NCBI GenBank assembly: GCA_022072225.1
Contig: JAJVIC010000002.1
Coordinates: 469,086-533,085 of the forward strand
Direction of reading: 5' to 3'
Source of the DNA: Bacteroidia bacterium
GTDB lineage: Bacteria; Bacteroidota; Bacteroidia; SXHM01
DNA length: 64,000 nucleotides
The notes below the pieces were generated by a model. That model was not told where the DNA came from. It saw only the letters and a list, made by a program, of their open reading frames with translations, and searched no databases. This document shows, one piece after another, positions 1 to 10,400 of the stretch (its first letter is position 1; each line of letters opens with the position of its first letter). The position numbers and the translations under genes were made by a program.

Positions 1-153
1 ATATTGTATCAGCCAGGGGCGCACAGGCGAAAGCACGGCCAGTGCAATAGTAAGAAACAGCGTAACGGCAAAGGTTTTTTTGTAAGGCTTTACAAATTCA
101 AAAACCCTGCTGAGTATTGGAAAATCAAATGCGTTGCCGGTAACTTTACTCAT
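1..153 (-). CDS. ABC transporter ATP-binding/permease protein (MsbA-like exporter), 5' part only; runs off window
   Basis: ATG at 153-151 gives MSKVTGNAFDFPILSRVFEFVKPYKKTFAVTLFLTIALAVLSPVRPWLIQY, a typical ABC exporter N-terminus; overlaps truA stop by 8 nt. Confidence 0.7.
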   Translation of the reverse strand, partial: MSKVTGNAFDFPILSRVFEFVKPYKKTFAVTLFLTIALAVLSPVRPWLIQY

Positions 154-913
154 TTATAAAAACATCATCTTTATATTCAATTTTTACCAGCGATAAACCT
201 TGTGCGGGCACTGAAAACCCGGCCATTGCTCGGTCTTTTCCTTCTACTATCTTTTCAAGTTGTTCAAAAGTTATTTTGTCTTTACCTACACCAACCAATG
301 TACCTACTATGGCGCGAACCATGTTTCTTAAAAAACGATTGGCCCGTATGGTAAAAACAAGTATTTCGCCTTCTTGTTTCCATTCGGCAAACTGCACGTT
401 GCAGAAATAGTTGCTAACCTGAGTATTTCCCTTGCTGAAACTTTTAAAATCCTTACTACCCAACAATGTTGCAGCCCCTTTGTTCATTTTCTCAATATCA
501 AGATTGCCGTAAACATACCACGCAAATTCGCGTAAAAAGGGATTGGGCGTTTGAATAATCTGATATTTGTAGGTACGGGCTATGGCATCAAAACGCGCAT
601 TGGCATTGTCGCGAACGCGCAGAATATCTAAAATAGACACATCTTTATTCAGCGTACAGTTTATGTGGTACATCAAATCTTTTTTTCCGGGAATTAAATC
701 TTTGCTGCAATCAAAGTGGGCATACATTTCGGCAGCGTGAACACCGGTATCGGTACGCCCTGCGCCATACACATAAATAGCTTCGTGTAATACTTTTGAT
801 AAGGCAATATTCAATTCGGCCTGTACCGAATGGGCATTAGCCTGAACCTGCCAGCCATGGAAGTTGGTTCCTTTGTAAGCAAGTTTTAGAAAATAGCGGG
901 GATATATTGGCAT
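146..913 (-). CDS. truA: tRNA pseudouridine(38-40) synthase
   Basis: YKGTNFHGWQ, GAGRTDTGVHA catalytic motif, FLRNMVRAIVG, VPAQGL. Confidence 0.97.
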   Translation of the reverse strand: MPIYPRYFLKLAYKGTNFHGWQVQANAHSVQAELNIALSKVLHEAIYVYGAGRTDTGVHAAEMYAHFDCSKDLIPGKKDLMYHINCTLNKDVSILDILRVRDNANARFDAIARTYKYQIIQTPNPFLREFAWYVYGNLDIEKMNKGAATLLGSKDFKSFSKGNTQVSNYFCNVQFAEWKQEGEILVFTIRANRFLRNMVRAIVGTLVGVGKDKITFEQLEKIVEGKDRAMAGFSVPAQGLSLVKIEYKDDVFINE

Positions 914-927
914 ATATTTAAGGGCAA

Positions 928-935
928 CAAAAGTA
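928..935 (-). promoter_or_regulatory. Bacteroidota sigma-70 -7 box (TACTTTTG) upstream of truA
   Basis: Matches TAnnTTTG on - strand, 14 nt upstream of start. Confidence 0.55.
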
Positions 936-1018
936 GTATTCCAATGAAATTTTAAGGCCAGAACAACAAAATGAAAAAACTGTCGTTAAAAGCTTATAAT
1001 TTTTAATGTAGGTAAGAT

Positions 1019-1282
1019 ATGTTGACGTTTGAAGAATTGACAGAGCTTGTTTATGCGAATCCTGATAAAACAAGCAATGAGGCAGTTGCGCTGAACAAAG
1101 CATTGGAAAAAAAAATATGGTTCAGCGAAGAATATGAAATGGCGCGCGAGTTGCAATCGCTGATTGATGCAATGGAGTTTCTGCCCAATGAAAAAACATT
1201 GCTCAATATCCTGAACTTTGCAAGTTTAGCCCGCAAGCGAAACGAAAAAGTAGATAAGTATCTTAAAGTGGCACAGAATTAA
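1019..1282 (+). CDS. Hypothetical 87-aa helical protein
   Basis: ATG ORF filling the truA-folP gap, protein-like composition; 20-nt convergent overlap with folP. Confidence 0.6.
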   Translation: MLTFEELTELVYANPDKTSNEAVALNKALEKKIWFSEEYEMARELQSLIDAMEFLPNEKTLLNILNFASLARKRNEKVDKYLKVAQN

Positions 1283-2159
1283 GACGCTGAACTAATTTTA
1301 CTGCTTCCACAGTTTCTTTAACATCATGCACTCGTAGAATATTGGCACCCTTTTCTAATAGTAAGGTGTTCAGAACGGTGGTCCCGTTTAAAGCGTTTTC
1401 GGGTTTTGTACCCAACACTTTATTAATCATTGATTTTCGGGAAATGCCTGCCAGCAGGGGTTTGTCAAATATTCTGAAGTGTTCAAATTCTCTGAGCAAT
1501 TCATAATTCTGTTCCAGCGTTTTCCCGAAACCAAAGCCGGGGTCAAGGATAATATCGTTTAGTCCAAGGCGATGAAGTTTGTTTAGTCTTTCAGAGAAGT
1601 AGAACATTACTTCATTCAGCATTTTCCCTTCCTGCAAATTCTGTTGCATGGTCTGCGGTGTTCCTTTTATGTGCATCAATACATAAGGAACGCCTAAATC
1701 GGCAACCAACTCAAACATGCTTGCTCTGCTCCCCTCTCCTTTGGAGAGGGGTTGGGGGTGAGGCTGCCCAGAAATATCGTTGATAATTGCCGCTCCGTTT
1801 TCAATTGCTTTAAGCGCAACATTAGCCCTGAAAGTATCTACAGAAAAAACAGCATCAGGGAAACTCGTAACTAATTCTTTAAGGTAAGGCAGCAATCGTT
1901 TCAGTTCTTCTTCTTCGCTTATGTCTTCCGCTCCAGGGCGGCTTGAGTATGCACCTACATCAATAATTGCTACACCATCGTTCAGCATTTTTGCGCATTT
2001 AGTTATAGCGGCATCAATGGTATTCAATTCACCGCCATCATAAAACGAATCGGGTGTAAGGTTCAGTATTCCCATAACCAAAGGCGTTGATAAATCGAGG
2101 AGTTTGCCCCTGCAATTCAGCGTTTTTTTCTTTGTAAAAACTGTATCTTTCGCCACCAT
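1263..2159 (-). CDS. folP: Dihydropteroate synthase, carrying an in-frame palindromic insertion
   Basis: MGILNLTPDSFYDG, SSRPG, SVDT, INDISG, LDPGFGFGK, SRKS, LRVHDV motifs. Confidence 0.97.
   Translation of the reverse strand: MVAKDTVFTKKKTLNCRGKLLDLSTPLVMGILNLTPDSFYDGGELNTIDAAITKCAKMLNDGVAIIDVGAYSSRPGAEDISEEEELKRLLPYLKELVTSFPDAVFSVDTFRANVALKAIENGAAIINDISGQPHPQPLSKGEGSRASMFELVADLGVPYVLMHIKGTPQTMQQNLQEGKMLNEVMFYFSERLNKLHRLGLNDIILDPGFGFGKTLEQNYELLREFEHFRIFDKPLLAGISRKSMINKVLGTKPENALNGTTVLNTLLLEKGANILRVHDVKETVEAVKLVQRLNSVPL
1719..1766 (-). repeat. GC-rich palindromic element inserted in frame in folP (QPHPQPLSKGEGSRAS)
   Basis: Hairpin CCCCTCTCC-TTT-GGAGAGGGG at 1731-1751 followed by TTGGGGGTGAGG, in an otherwise AT-rich gene. 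Confidence 0.8.
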
Positions 2160-2169
2160 TTGTGGGCAA

Positions 2170-2238
2170 AGTTAATGGTTATTGGTTATTAGTTATTTGT
2201 AGCCAACGCCCGATAACGATTAACAAATAACGGATAAC
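2170..2238. repeat. Inverted heptamer tandem repeats
   Basis: agttaat ggttatt ggttatt agttatt ... cgataac gattaac aaataac ggataac. Confidence 0.7.
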
Positions 2239-2248
2239 TATTAAGACA

Positions 2249-2794
2249 ATGAGCAATACCTCGCGGCAGTTTGAACAGGTGATAGAACAATGCAGAAGCC
2301 TTTTCCTGAAAAAGATGAAAGATTACGGAACAGCATGGCGTGTATTGCGCATCAGTTCCATTACCGATCAGATTTTTATTAAAGCAAACCGTATCCGCAG
2401 TATTGAAGAAAAAGGAACACAGAAAGTAGCGGAAGACATTCGCTCAGAATACATCGGTATGGTTAATTATTCAGTGATTGGCTTAATACAACTTTCGCTT
2501 GGAGTTGCAGAGAATACAGAAATGGACCCGCTGGAAGTAGAGAAATTTTATAATAAATACATTTATGAGGCTAAGGCATTAATGGAAGATAAAAATCATG
2601 ATTACGGTGAGGCCTGGCGTGATATGCGACTGAGTTCGCTCACCGATTTAATTCTGATGAAGCTTTTGCGCATAAAACAAATTGAGGATAATAAAGGCAA
2701 AACACTGGTTTCGGAAGGCATTGACGCAAATTATCACGACATTATCAACTACAGCATTTTTGCGCTGATACGTTTGAACGAAGCCGGGAAATAA
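2249..2794 (+). CDS. DUF1599 domain protein (two-domain form)
   Basis: Duplicated KxxDYGxAWR...S(I/L)TD motif; usual neighbour of folP in Bacteroidota. Confidence 0.85.
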   Translation: MSNTSRQFEQVIEQCRSLFLKKMKDYGTAWRVLRISSITDQIFIKANRIRSIEEKGTQKVAEDIRSEYIGMVNYSVIGLIQLSLGVAENTEMDPLEVEKFYNKYIYEAKALMEDKNHDYGEAWRDMRLSSLTDLILMKLLRIKQIEDNKGKTLVSEGIDANYHDIINYSIFALIRLNEAGK

Positions 2795-2797
2795 ATT

Positions 2798-2814
2798 TTA
2801 ACAACGCATTAACA
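2798..2814 (+). promoter_or_regulatory. Putative response-regulator box TTAACA-N5-TTAACA
   Basis: ttaaca acgca ttaaca; second copy at 14830-14846. Confidence 0.45.
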
Positions 2815-2861
2815 GCAAACAGAAATTCTGTTGCTGAATTTCGCAGAAAAATTTCAGAACC

Positions 2862-4145
2862 ATGAACTACATCACAAAAATTGCACGTTACTTAGTCGGC
2901 ACACTTTTTATTTTCTCGGGATTGGTAAAAGCCAATGACCCGATTGGTTTTTCTTACAAGTTGCAGGAATATTTTGAGGAGTTTGAAAAACTGAAAGTTT
3001 ACTTTTCTCCGTTAGAGGGTTTCTTTAAGTTGCTGCACGACCTGTCGCTTGAGCAAGCCATTTTTATGGTTGTGTTGGAGATAGTTTTGGGTATTGCCAT
3101 TATTTCGGGTTACCTGCCAAAACTTACGGCATGGCTGCTTTTATTGCTGATACTGTTCTTCACAGCCTTAACATTTGCATCTGCACAATATGAGATTGTT
3201 CGTTCCTGCGGTTGTTTTGGTGATGCTATTCCGCTTACACCCTGGGAATCGTTTTATAAAGACATCGTTCTGCTGACACTTATCCTGTTCATTTTTACAC
3301 AGAAAAATAAAATTGAGCCCAACAAAGTAGATGCTCTGGATATTGTAATGGCTGTGCTTTGTATCGGTGCGCTTGCATGGCTTTCGTTCAGCCTGCTGAA
3401 ATGGGCTTTCCCATTTGTGGTTGGATTGGTACTTATTGGTGGTTATGTTATCTGGAGTTTTGTTGCACCCAAACAAAATGTAGCTATGTATAAAACATTG
3501 ATAGGACTGATTATTTCAGGTTATTTTACCTACCGTTGCTATGCACATTTGCCTGCAAAAGATTTTCGTGCTTATGCTGTAGGAAAGAGTATTCCCGAAC
3601 AGATGCAGGGCATTCCCGACAAGGTACAGTATCATTATTTGCTTAGCAACAAGGCTACCGGAAAGCAACAGGAATTTACAGAGTTTCCACCGAATTATGA
3701 AGCCGAGTGGAACTATGACACATTGCGAATTGAAGTGCTTGAAAAAGGAGTGGAACCTAAAATTACCGATTTCAGCATCAGTAATAATGACGGAGATGAA
3801 TATACCGATGATTTTTTTCAGGGCTACCAGTTTCTGTTGATTTATTATGATTTGGATAAAGCATGCAACAGCAAACAGGCAGAGATAAATGCTTTTGCCG
3901 AAAAAGCTAAGAAAGACGGTTTTAATTTTAATGGATTAACCGCTTCTATCGGAAAAACTCAGGAAGATTTTGTTGCTAAAAACAAACCTGCTTATGAGTT
4001 CTGGGTTTGCGATCAGGTTGTTCTGAAAACCATTATCCGTTCCAACCCGGGATTAGTGTTGCTGAAAGACGGTGTGGTGCTTGGACAATGGCATCATAAT
4101 GATTTTCCTGACTACCAAAAAGTAAAAGAAAAGTATCTGAAATAA
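2862..4145 (+). CDS. DoxX/MauE-family membrane protein (BT_3928-like) with C-terminal thioredoxin-like domain
   Basis: GTLFIFSGLVKANDP, SCGCFGDA motif, IIRSNPG. Confidence 0.85.
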   Translation: MNYITKIARYLVGTLFIFSGLVKANDPIGFSYKLQEYFEEFEKLKVYFSPLEGFFKLLHDLSLEQAIFMVVLEIVLGIAIISGYLPKLTAWLLLLLILFFTALTFASAQYEIVRSCGCFGDAIPLTPWESFYKDIVLLTLILFIFTQKNKIEPNKVDALDIVMAVLCIGALAWLSFSLLKWAFPFVVGLVLIGGYVIWSFVAPKQNVAMYKTLIGLIISGYFTYRCYAHLPAKDFRAYAVGKSIPEQMQGIPDKVQYHYLLSNKATGKQQEFTEFPPNYEAEWNYDTLRIEVLEKGVEPKITDFSISNNDGDEYTDDFFQGYQFLLIYYDLDKACNSKQAEINAFAEKAKKDGFNFNGLTASIGKTQEDFVAKNKPAYEFWVCDQVVLKTIIRSNPGLVLLKDGVVLGQWHHNDFPDYQKVKEKYLK

Positions 4146-4194
4146 TGGAGCAGTTAGATGGTGCTTTTGAATTTTGACTTTATAACTTATTAAT

Positions 4195-5271
4195 TTGTTA
4201 AACTACCTCACCGGACGCATTCTCTACAGCCTGCTGGTTATCCTCGGCATTATTACGGTGGTGTTCTTGTTGTTCAGTGTTCTTCCGGGCGACCCAGCGA
4301 GGATGATGCTTGGACAGCGTGCCGATAAAGAATCGGTTGAAGCAATCAACAAAGATTTGGGGCGCGATAAGCCGCTGCTTCAGCAGTATCTGAAATTTGT
4401 GAATGATGTTTCTCCGCTTTCGTTTCACGATACAAAAAATGAAAACCATTTTCTGTTTTTAGATGAAACGAAATATGATAATTATATAACGCTAGTTTCT
4501 GTTTCTTCAAAAGCTCTGGTGCTGAAAACGCCATACCTCAGGCGCTCGTATCAGAGCCAAAGAAATGTTTCTTCCATATTGTTGGAAGCTTTGCCGGGAA
4601 CAACCATATTGGCAATGGTTTCTATGTTGATTGCAACCATACTGGGCGTTTTTCTGGGCGTGTATGCAGCCGTAAATAAAAATACCTATGCCGACAGAAT
4701 CAGTATGGTGTTGAGCATCTTTGGAATGTCGCTTCCATCTTTTGTGGCAGCTATTTTAGTGGTGTGGGTTTTTGCTTATTTACTGGGAGATATAACCGGA
4801 TTACCTGTAACCGGAAGCCTTTACGAAATAGATGAATTTGAAGGACGCACCATTGCATGGAAAAACTTAATTCTTCCGGCTTTTACGTTGGGTATTCGTC
4901 CCTTGGCTATTGTTATGCAACTTACGCGCAGTTCTATGCTGGAAGTGTTGAGCATGGATTATATCCGTACAGCACGGGCAAAAGGATTGCATTTTTACAA
5001 TATTCTTTTCAGACATGCACTGGTGAATGCGCTAAATCCTGTGGTAACTGCTATTTCAGGTTGGTTTGCTTCGCTGATGGCAGGGGCAGTATTTGTTGAA
5101 ATTATTTTCGGTTGGAAAGGTTTGGGCGTAGTAATGCTGGATGCTTTGAATAAATATGATTTACCTGTGGTAATGGGTTCGGTGTTATTAGTTTCGGTTA
5201 TATTTGTTGCGGTGAGCATAGCCGTTGATTTTATTTATGCGCTCATTGATCCCCGCGTGAAGGTTTATTAA
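4195..5271 (+). CDS. ABC transporter permease, DppB/OppB type
   Basis: PGDPARMMLG N-terminus; EAA loop TARAKGL; VEIIFGWKGLG; TTG start. Confidence 0.9.
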   Translation: MLNYLTGRILYSLLVILGIITVVFLLFSVLPGDPARMMLGQRADKESVEAINKDLGRDKPLLQQYLKFVNDVSPLSFHDTKNENHFLFLDETKYDNYITLVSVSSKALVLKTPYLRRSYQSQRNVSSILLEALPGTTILAMVSMLIATILGVFLGVYAAVNKNTYADRISMVLSIFGMSLPSFVAAILVVWVFAYLLGDITGLPVTGSLYEIDEFEGRTIAWKNLILPAFTLGIRPLAIVMQLTRSSMLEVLSMDYIRTARAKGLHFYNILFRHALVNALNPVVTAISGWFASLMAGAVFVEIIFGWKGLGVVMLDALNKYDLPVVMGSVLLVSVIFVAVSIAVDFIYALIDPRVKVY

Positions 5272-5284
5272 AAAAACAAAAACC

Positions 5285-6046
5285 ATGAGAAAAAAAATAG
5301 TTGCCGGAAACTGGAAAATGAACAATACTCTTCAGGAGGGTTTAGCGCTTACATTTCGTATCATTGATTTGCTCAAAGAAAATCCAGCAGATCATGTAAA
5401 AGTTATTGTTGCCCCACCCTTTACTTCACTGCATCCGATATGTGAGTTAATTAATAAAGAGGGTGTTATACATCTTGCTGCTCAGGATTGTCATCAGGAA
5501 AAATCAGGTGCTTTTACAGGCGAAGTTTCTTCCGATATGTTATTTGATCTTGGTGTTAAATATGTAATTGTAGGCCATTCAGAACGCAGGCATTATTTTA
5601 ATGAAACCGATGCATTGGTGCTTGCCAAAGCAGAAGCAGCATTGGATGTTGGTCTTCGTCCGATTATGTGTTTTGGTGAAACTCAGGAACAACGTAGCAG
5701 AGGTGAACATTTTGATGCAGTAAAAAAGCAACTCGAAAATTCGTTGCTGAAAATAAATCCTGCCGATATTGCACATGTTGTTATTGCTTATGAACCTGTT
5801 TGGGCAATTGGCACCGGCCAAAACGCCACGCCTCAGCAAGCGCAGGAAATGCATGCTTTTATCCGCAGTACAGTTGCCGGTAAGTTTGGTAAAAATGCAG
5901 CAGACGATATTTTAATTATTTATGGCGGAAGTTGTAATTCGAAAAATTCAAAAGAACTTTTCTCTCAGCCCGATATTGATGGTGGATTGATAGGTGGTGC
6001 TTCGCTTAAAGCTGACGAGTTTGTTCAGATAGTAAGGTCTGCATAA
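5285..6046 (+). CDS. tpiA: Triosephosphate isomerase
   Basis: AGNWKMN, GHSERR, AYEPVWAIGTG, GGLIGGASL. Confidence 0.99.
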   Translation: MRKKIVAGNWKMNNTLQEGLALTFRIIDLLKENPADHVKVIVAPPFTSLHPICELINKEGVIHLAAQDCHQEKSGAFTGEVSSDMLFDLGVKYVIVGHSERRHYFNETDALVLAKAEAALDVGLRPIMCFGETQEQRSRGEHFDAVKKQLENSLLKINPADIAHVVIAYEPVWAIGTGQNATPQQAQEMHAFIRSTVAGKFGKNAADDILIIYGGSCNSKNSKELFSQPDIDGGLIGGASLKADEFVQIVRSA

Positions 6047-6049
6047 CTA

Positions 6050-6379
6050 TTATTCAAATACAAAATACAATCCGGCCATTATTACACAAATAGCCAGTCC
6101 TGTAAATCCGAAAAGTATAGCGTAGTAAAACTCCGGAAAAGGGTTTAATATGCTAAGTACACAACTTATAAATCCAAGAAAAGCGCCAACACCCAGGCAA
6201 ATAAACCCATTGAACTGTTGTTTGGCATGCCGCTGTTTTTTATACTCTTTCACAAACTGTTCAATAGTTGCAGCATCCATTTGTTGATTGTTTAATTCCT
6301 GTGCAACCTGATCCGCTGAGTAATTTAAACTCAGCCAGTGCTCAAACTGTATGTTGTTATTTGTTGTTTCAGTTGTCAT
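6050..6379 (-). CDS. Hypothetical membrane protein (two C-terminal TM helices)
   Basis: Likely start MTTETT at 6379; hydrophobic C-terminal half; opposite strand between tpiA and prmA. Confidence 0.7.
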   Translation of the reverse strand: MTTETTNNNIQFEHWLSLNYSADQVAQELNNQQMDAATIEQFVKEYKKQRHAKQQFNGFICLGVGAFLGFISCVLSILNPFPEFYYAILFGFTGLAICVIMAGLYFVFE

Positions 6380-6574
6380 TTGTTTTGTTTTAATTGGGTT
6401 GAAACACAAGGTGTAAGTGGGCCTTAAATTAATATGATTTCTGTGAAATGCAAATCATATCAGTGATTATGTATTTGATAATATCAGCATTGCTCTTTTT
6501 TGTTAGTAAAAAATAACACTTCATGGGAAATAAAACAGCTACTTTTGAAATCATTAAATTCTTATTTCACTGCA

Positions 6575-7405
6575 TTGGACTACGTACAACTATTTTGCAA
6601 AATAACGCCTATAGAACCGGGAGTTGATATTGTAACCGCTCAGCTGGCCGATATAGATTTTGAAAGTTTTGAAGAAACGGATCAAGGTTTGAATGCTTAC
6701 ATGCCGTCACATTTTTTTGATGAAGAAAAAGTCAAACATGTTTTAGATTCATTAGAAAATATAGAAGTAGAATACCACTATAAACTAATTCCCGCCCAAA
6801 ACTGGAACGCAGTATGGGAAAGCAATTTTGAACCTGTTATTATTGATGGTCGTTGTTCGGTTCGCGCACCCTTTCATCCTAAACCTGAAGGTATGGATTT
6901 TGATTTGGTGATAGAACCCAAAATGTCGTTCGGTACAGCACATCATGAAACTACGTCCTTGATGATTTCATATTTACTGCAAACAGATGTAAAAGGCAAA
7001 GATGTGCTGGATATGGGCTGCGGAACAGCAGTGTTGGCAATATTGGCAGGCATGAAAGGTGCAAAAAATATTACCGCAATAGATATTGACGAGTGGCCTG
7101 TAGAGAATGCAAAAGAAAATGCACGCAACAATAATATGCAGCTTATTGAAGTTATAATGGGAGGAGCGGAACATCTTGGAAATAAAATGTTTGATGTTAT
7201 TCTTGCGAATATTAACCGTAATGTGTTGCTGGCCGATATGGCATCCTATTCAAATGTTTTAAATAAAAACGGAACATTGTTTCTAAGCGGATTTTACAAA
7301 GAAGATTTAGAACAAATTACTAACACTGCTTTTGAAAATGGTTTGGAATTTGTTTCTTTCGAAACAAAAAATAACTGGACGGCTGCACAGTACTTAAAAA
7401 AATAA
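6575..7405 (+). CDS. prmA: 50S ribosomal protein L11 methyltransferase
   Basis: NWNAVWE, EPKMSFGTAHHETT, VLDMGCG, ILANINRN; probable TTG start at 6575. Confidence 0.95.
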   Translation: MDYVQLFCKITPIEPGVDIVTAQLADIDFESFEETDQGLNAYMPSHFFDEEKVKHVLDSLENIEVEYHYKLIPAQNWNAVWESNFEPVIIDGRCSVRAPFHPKPEGMDFDLVIEPKMSFGTAHHETTSLMISYLLQTDVKGKDVLDMGCGTAVLAILAGMKGAKNITAIDIDEWPVENAKENARNNNMQLIEVIMGGAEHLGNKMFDVILANINRNVLLADMASYSNVLNKNGTLFLSGFYKEDLEQITNTAFENGLEFVSFETKNNWTAAQYLKK

Positions 7406-7414
7406 ACTCCACGG

Positions 7415-10400
7415 ATGATACAATTAAAATTTAAACACTTTGCATTAACACTTTTTACTTTACTTGTTGTGCAGGTAGCTTCAGCTCAAACCCCCAAACA
7501 ATTTACTCACGATAAGGTGAAGTTTCTTGCAGAAATGCAGGCATTTTTGGAATCGAGCAACGAGAAAGAAACCAAGGAGTTTTTTAAAATTTTTACACCA
7601 GTATGGGAAAGTACTTCGCTTTCCGATGCGCAGCGCGAACGTATTTATACCTTTTGCGAAACACTGTTGAAAAAGCGTAAAAAGGCATCGGATTTCAATT
7701 TGTATTTACAGGCAATTATGAATTTTGTAAAGTACCAGCAGCCTGCCGGAAATTTTGATCCCTGGATGCTTTCATTGGAAAAAACAATTGAAAAAGAAGC
7801 GCGTGGTGGGTTTTCTAAATACCTTGAAATAAGCGCAGGATTATTCAAAGATAATACACTGTATGAATCGCGCGCAGTTCGCTGGGCAGCCGACAATAAT
7901 AACTATGTTTTTAGCTTTGATTCTATTCCGGTTATCAGTTTTTCAGCGCTTACTTTAGCCTGCCATACCAAGGGCGACAGTTCTGTAATATTAAACACCA
8001 AAGGAAATTATTATCCAACGGAGGAAGTATTCAAAGGAGAAAAAGGAAGAGTAACCTGGCAGCGTGCGGGATTAGATCCTGCAAAATGTTATGCTGAATT
8101 TGGTGATTTTAAAATTGATGTTACCAAATCACAATACAACATTGATTCCGTTACTTTTAATAATCCTGATTATTTTAAGGAGCCGCTGTTTGGTCAACTT
8201 ACTGATAAAGTAAAAGCCAATGTAGATGAAGATAATGCTACCTATCCGCGCTTCGATTCTTATCTGGTGAATTTGCAGATAAAAGACTTGCAGAAAAATG
8301 TTGACTATGAAGGTGGTTTCTCTATGCACGGATCCAAGTTTATTGGTTCGGGTAACAAACAGAACGATGCAATGTTAACCTTCCGTTGGACTAATCCTGA
8401 TACAAAAGTGGAGTATAAGCTCATAAAAGCCAAAGCCAAAAATTTTGTGATTAAAAAAGACCGTATTATGTCTGAAAAAGCCTCTGTTACCCTCTATTGG
8501 GAAAAAGATTCACTTTTTCATCCCGGCCTTGAATTGAAGTTTAATATCGAAGACCGCGAGTTAGCGCTTATACGCAATGAACAGGGAATGGGCAAAACGC
8601 CCTTTTTTGACACATATCATAAAGTGGATTTGTACATAGAGGGTGTTTATTGGAAAATTGATGATCCTGTAATAGGAATGAAAATGATTTCGGGCGGTGC
8701 AGAAAGCAAAGCATTATTTGAATCCGCTAACTTCTGGGACGATTTCCGTTACACCAAAATTCAGGGGCTTGACGATGTTAATCCTCTGATAAAAATTAAG
8801 AAGTATTCTGAAATGCGCGGAACAAAAACACTGAATGCATCAGACATTGCCGGTTATTTTAAAATATCAGATTCTGAAATGCGCGGAACATTAATGCGCC
8901 TTTCTACAATGGGCTTTTTAATTTACAACACCGAAACAGATGTGGTTACCATTAAAGACCGACTTTATGACTACATCAATGCAAAGTCGCGCAAAACCGA
9001 CTACGATGTTATACAGTTTAATTCAGTTATCAGTAAATACGATAACGCCTCTATCAATCTGTTGAATTTTGATGTAAAAATTCGTGGCGTTGCCCAAATT
9101 TTTCTCAGCGATTCTCAGGATGTATTTATTTTTCCACGCGAGCAGGAAGTTATTCTGCAAAAGAACCGCGACTTTACTTTTGATGGCAAAGTTGTTTCCG
9201 GCAGGTTTGATATTTTCGGAAAAGAATTTGCCTTCAATTACGATGAGTTTAAGATTGATATGAAGAAGATTGACTCATTGCGGATGAAAGTTCCTGAAGG
9301 CGAACCTGATGAGTTCGGAAAAGTAAAATTGGTTCCCGTGCGTACGGTGTTACAGGATCTGGAAGGCGAGGTGCTTATTGATCATCCCAACAATAAATCA
9401 GGTTTGGAAGATTTTCCAAAATATCCGGTATTTAACAGTAAACGCGAATCATTTGTTTACTACGATAAAAAATCAATTCAGCGCGGGGCTTACGATAAGG
9501 AACGCTTCTATTTTAAACTTGAACCTTTTTCAGTTGACAGTTTGGATAACTTTACAAAAGAAGGTCTTGCTTTTGACGGTGAGTTTATGTCGGCCGGAAT
9601 TTTTCCCGATATGAAAGAGACGCTTAAACTGCAGCCGGATTTTTCGTTGGGTTTTGTTAAAGAAACTCCGCCTGAAGGCTATGAAGTATATGGAGGGAAA
9701 GGAAAATACAATGCTACCATCAGCCTTAGCAATCAAGGTCTGAAAGGTGATGGTACGTTAGATTACCTGACATCTACATCAAAATCAAACGAATTTATTT
9801 TCTACCCGGATTCAACAAATGCCATAGCACAGGATTTTGTACTGCGAGAACAAGCCGGTGGCGTTCAATATCCGCCTGCAAGCGGTAAAGATGTGGCTAT
9901 ACATTGGGAACCTAAAAATGAGCATTTTTATGTTAGTAAAATTAATACACCGCTTGATATGTATGCATCGCAAAGTGTATTGCACGGAAGACTTGATTTA
10001 ACACCAACAGGCCTTACAGGTAACGGTAAAATGGAATTTGTTCAGTCGGAACTGGAGTCTGAGAAATTTGTTTACCAGTTTCAGGATTTCAGGGCAGATA
10101 CATCTAACTTTAAGTTGAAAGGTTCTGACGCAGCTTCACTTGCATTTTCAACCAATAACGTAAATGCACACATCAATTTTAAAGAACGCTGGGGCGAATT
10201 CAAGTCAAACGGACAAGGCTCGTTTGTTGACTTTCCCGAGAACCAATATATCTGCTACATAGATCAGTTCAAATGGTTTATGGATCAGGAAGATATTCAG
10301 ATTACAGCCGGAACAGATGCCAAAAGCATGGAAATGGGGGGCTCAAAATTTATTTCAGTTCATCCGGCTCAGGATTCGCTTCAGTTTGTTGCACCATCAG

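Noticed and set aside
6026..6427. Duplicated tpiA 3' end flanking the inserted membrane gene
   Set aside because: Only about 11/21 identity, consistent with chance
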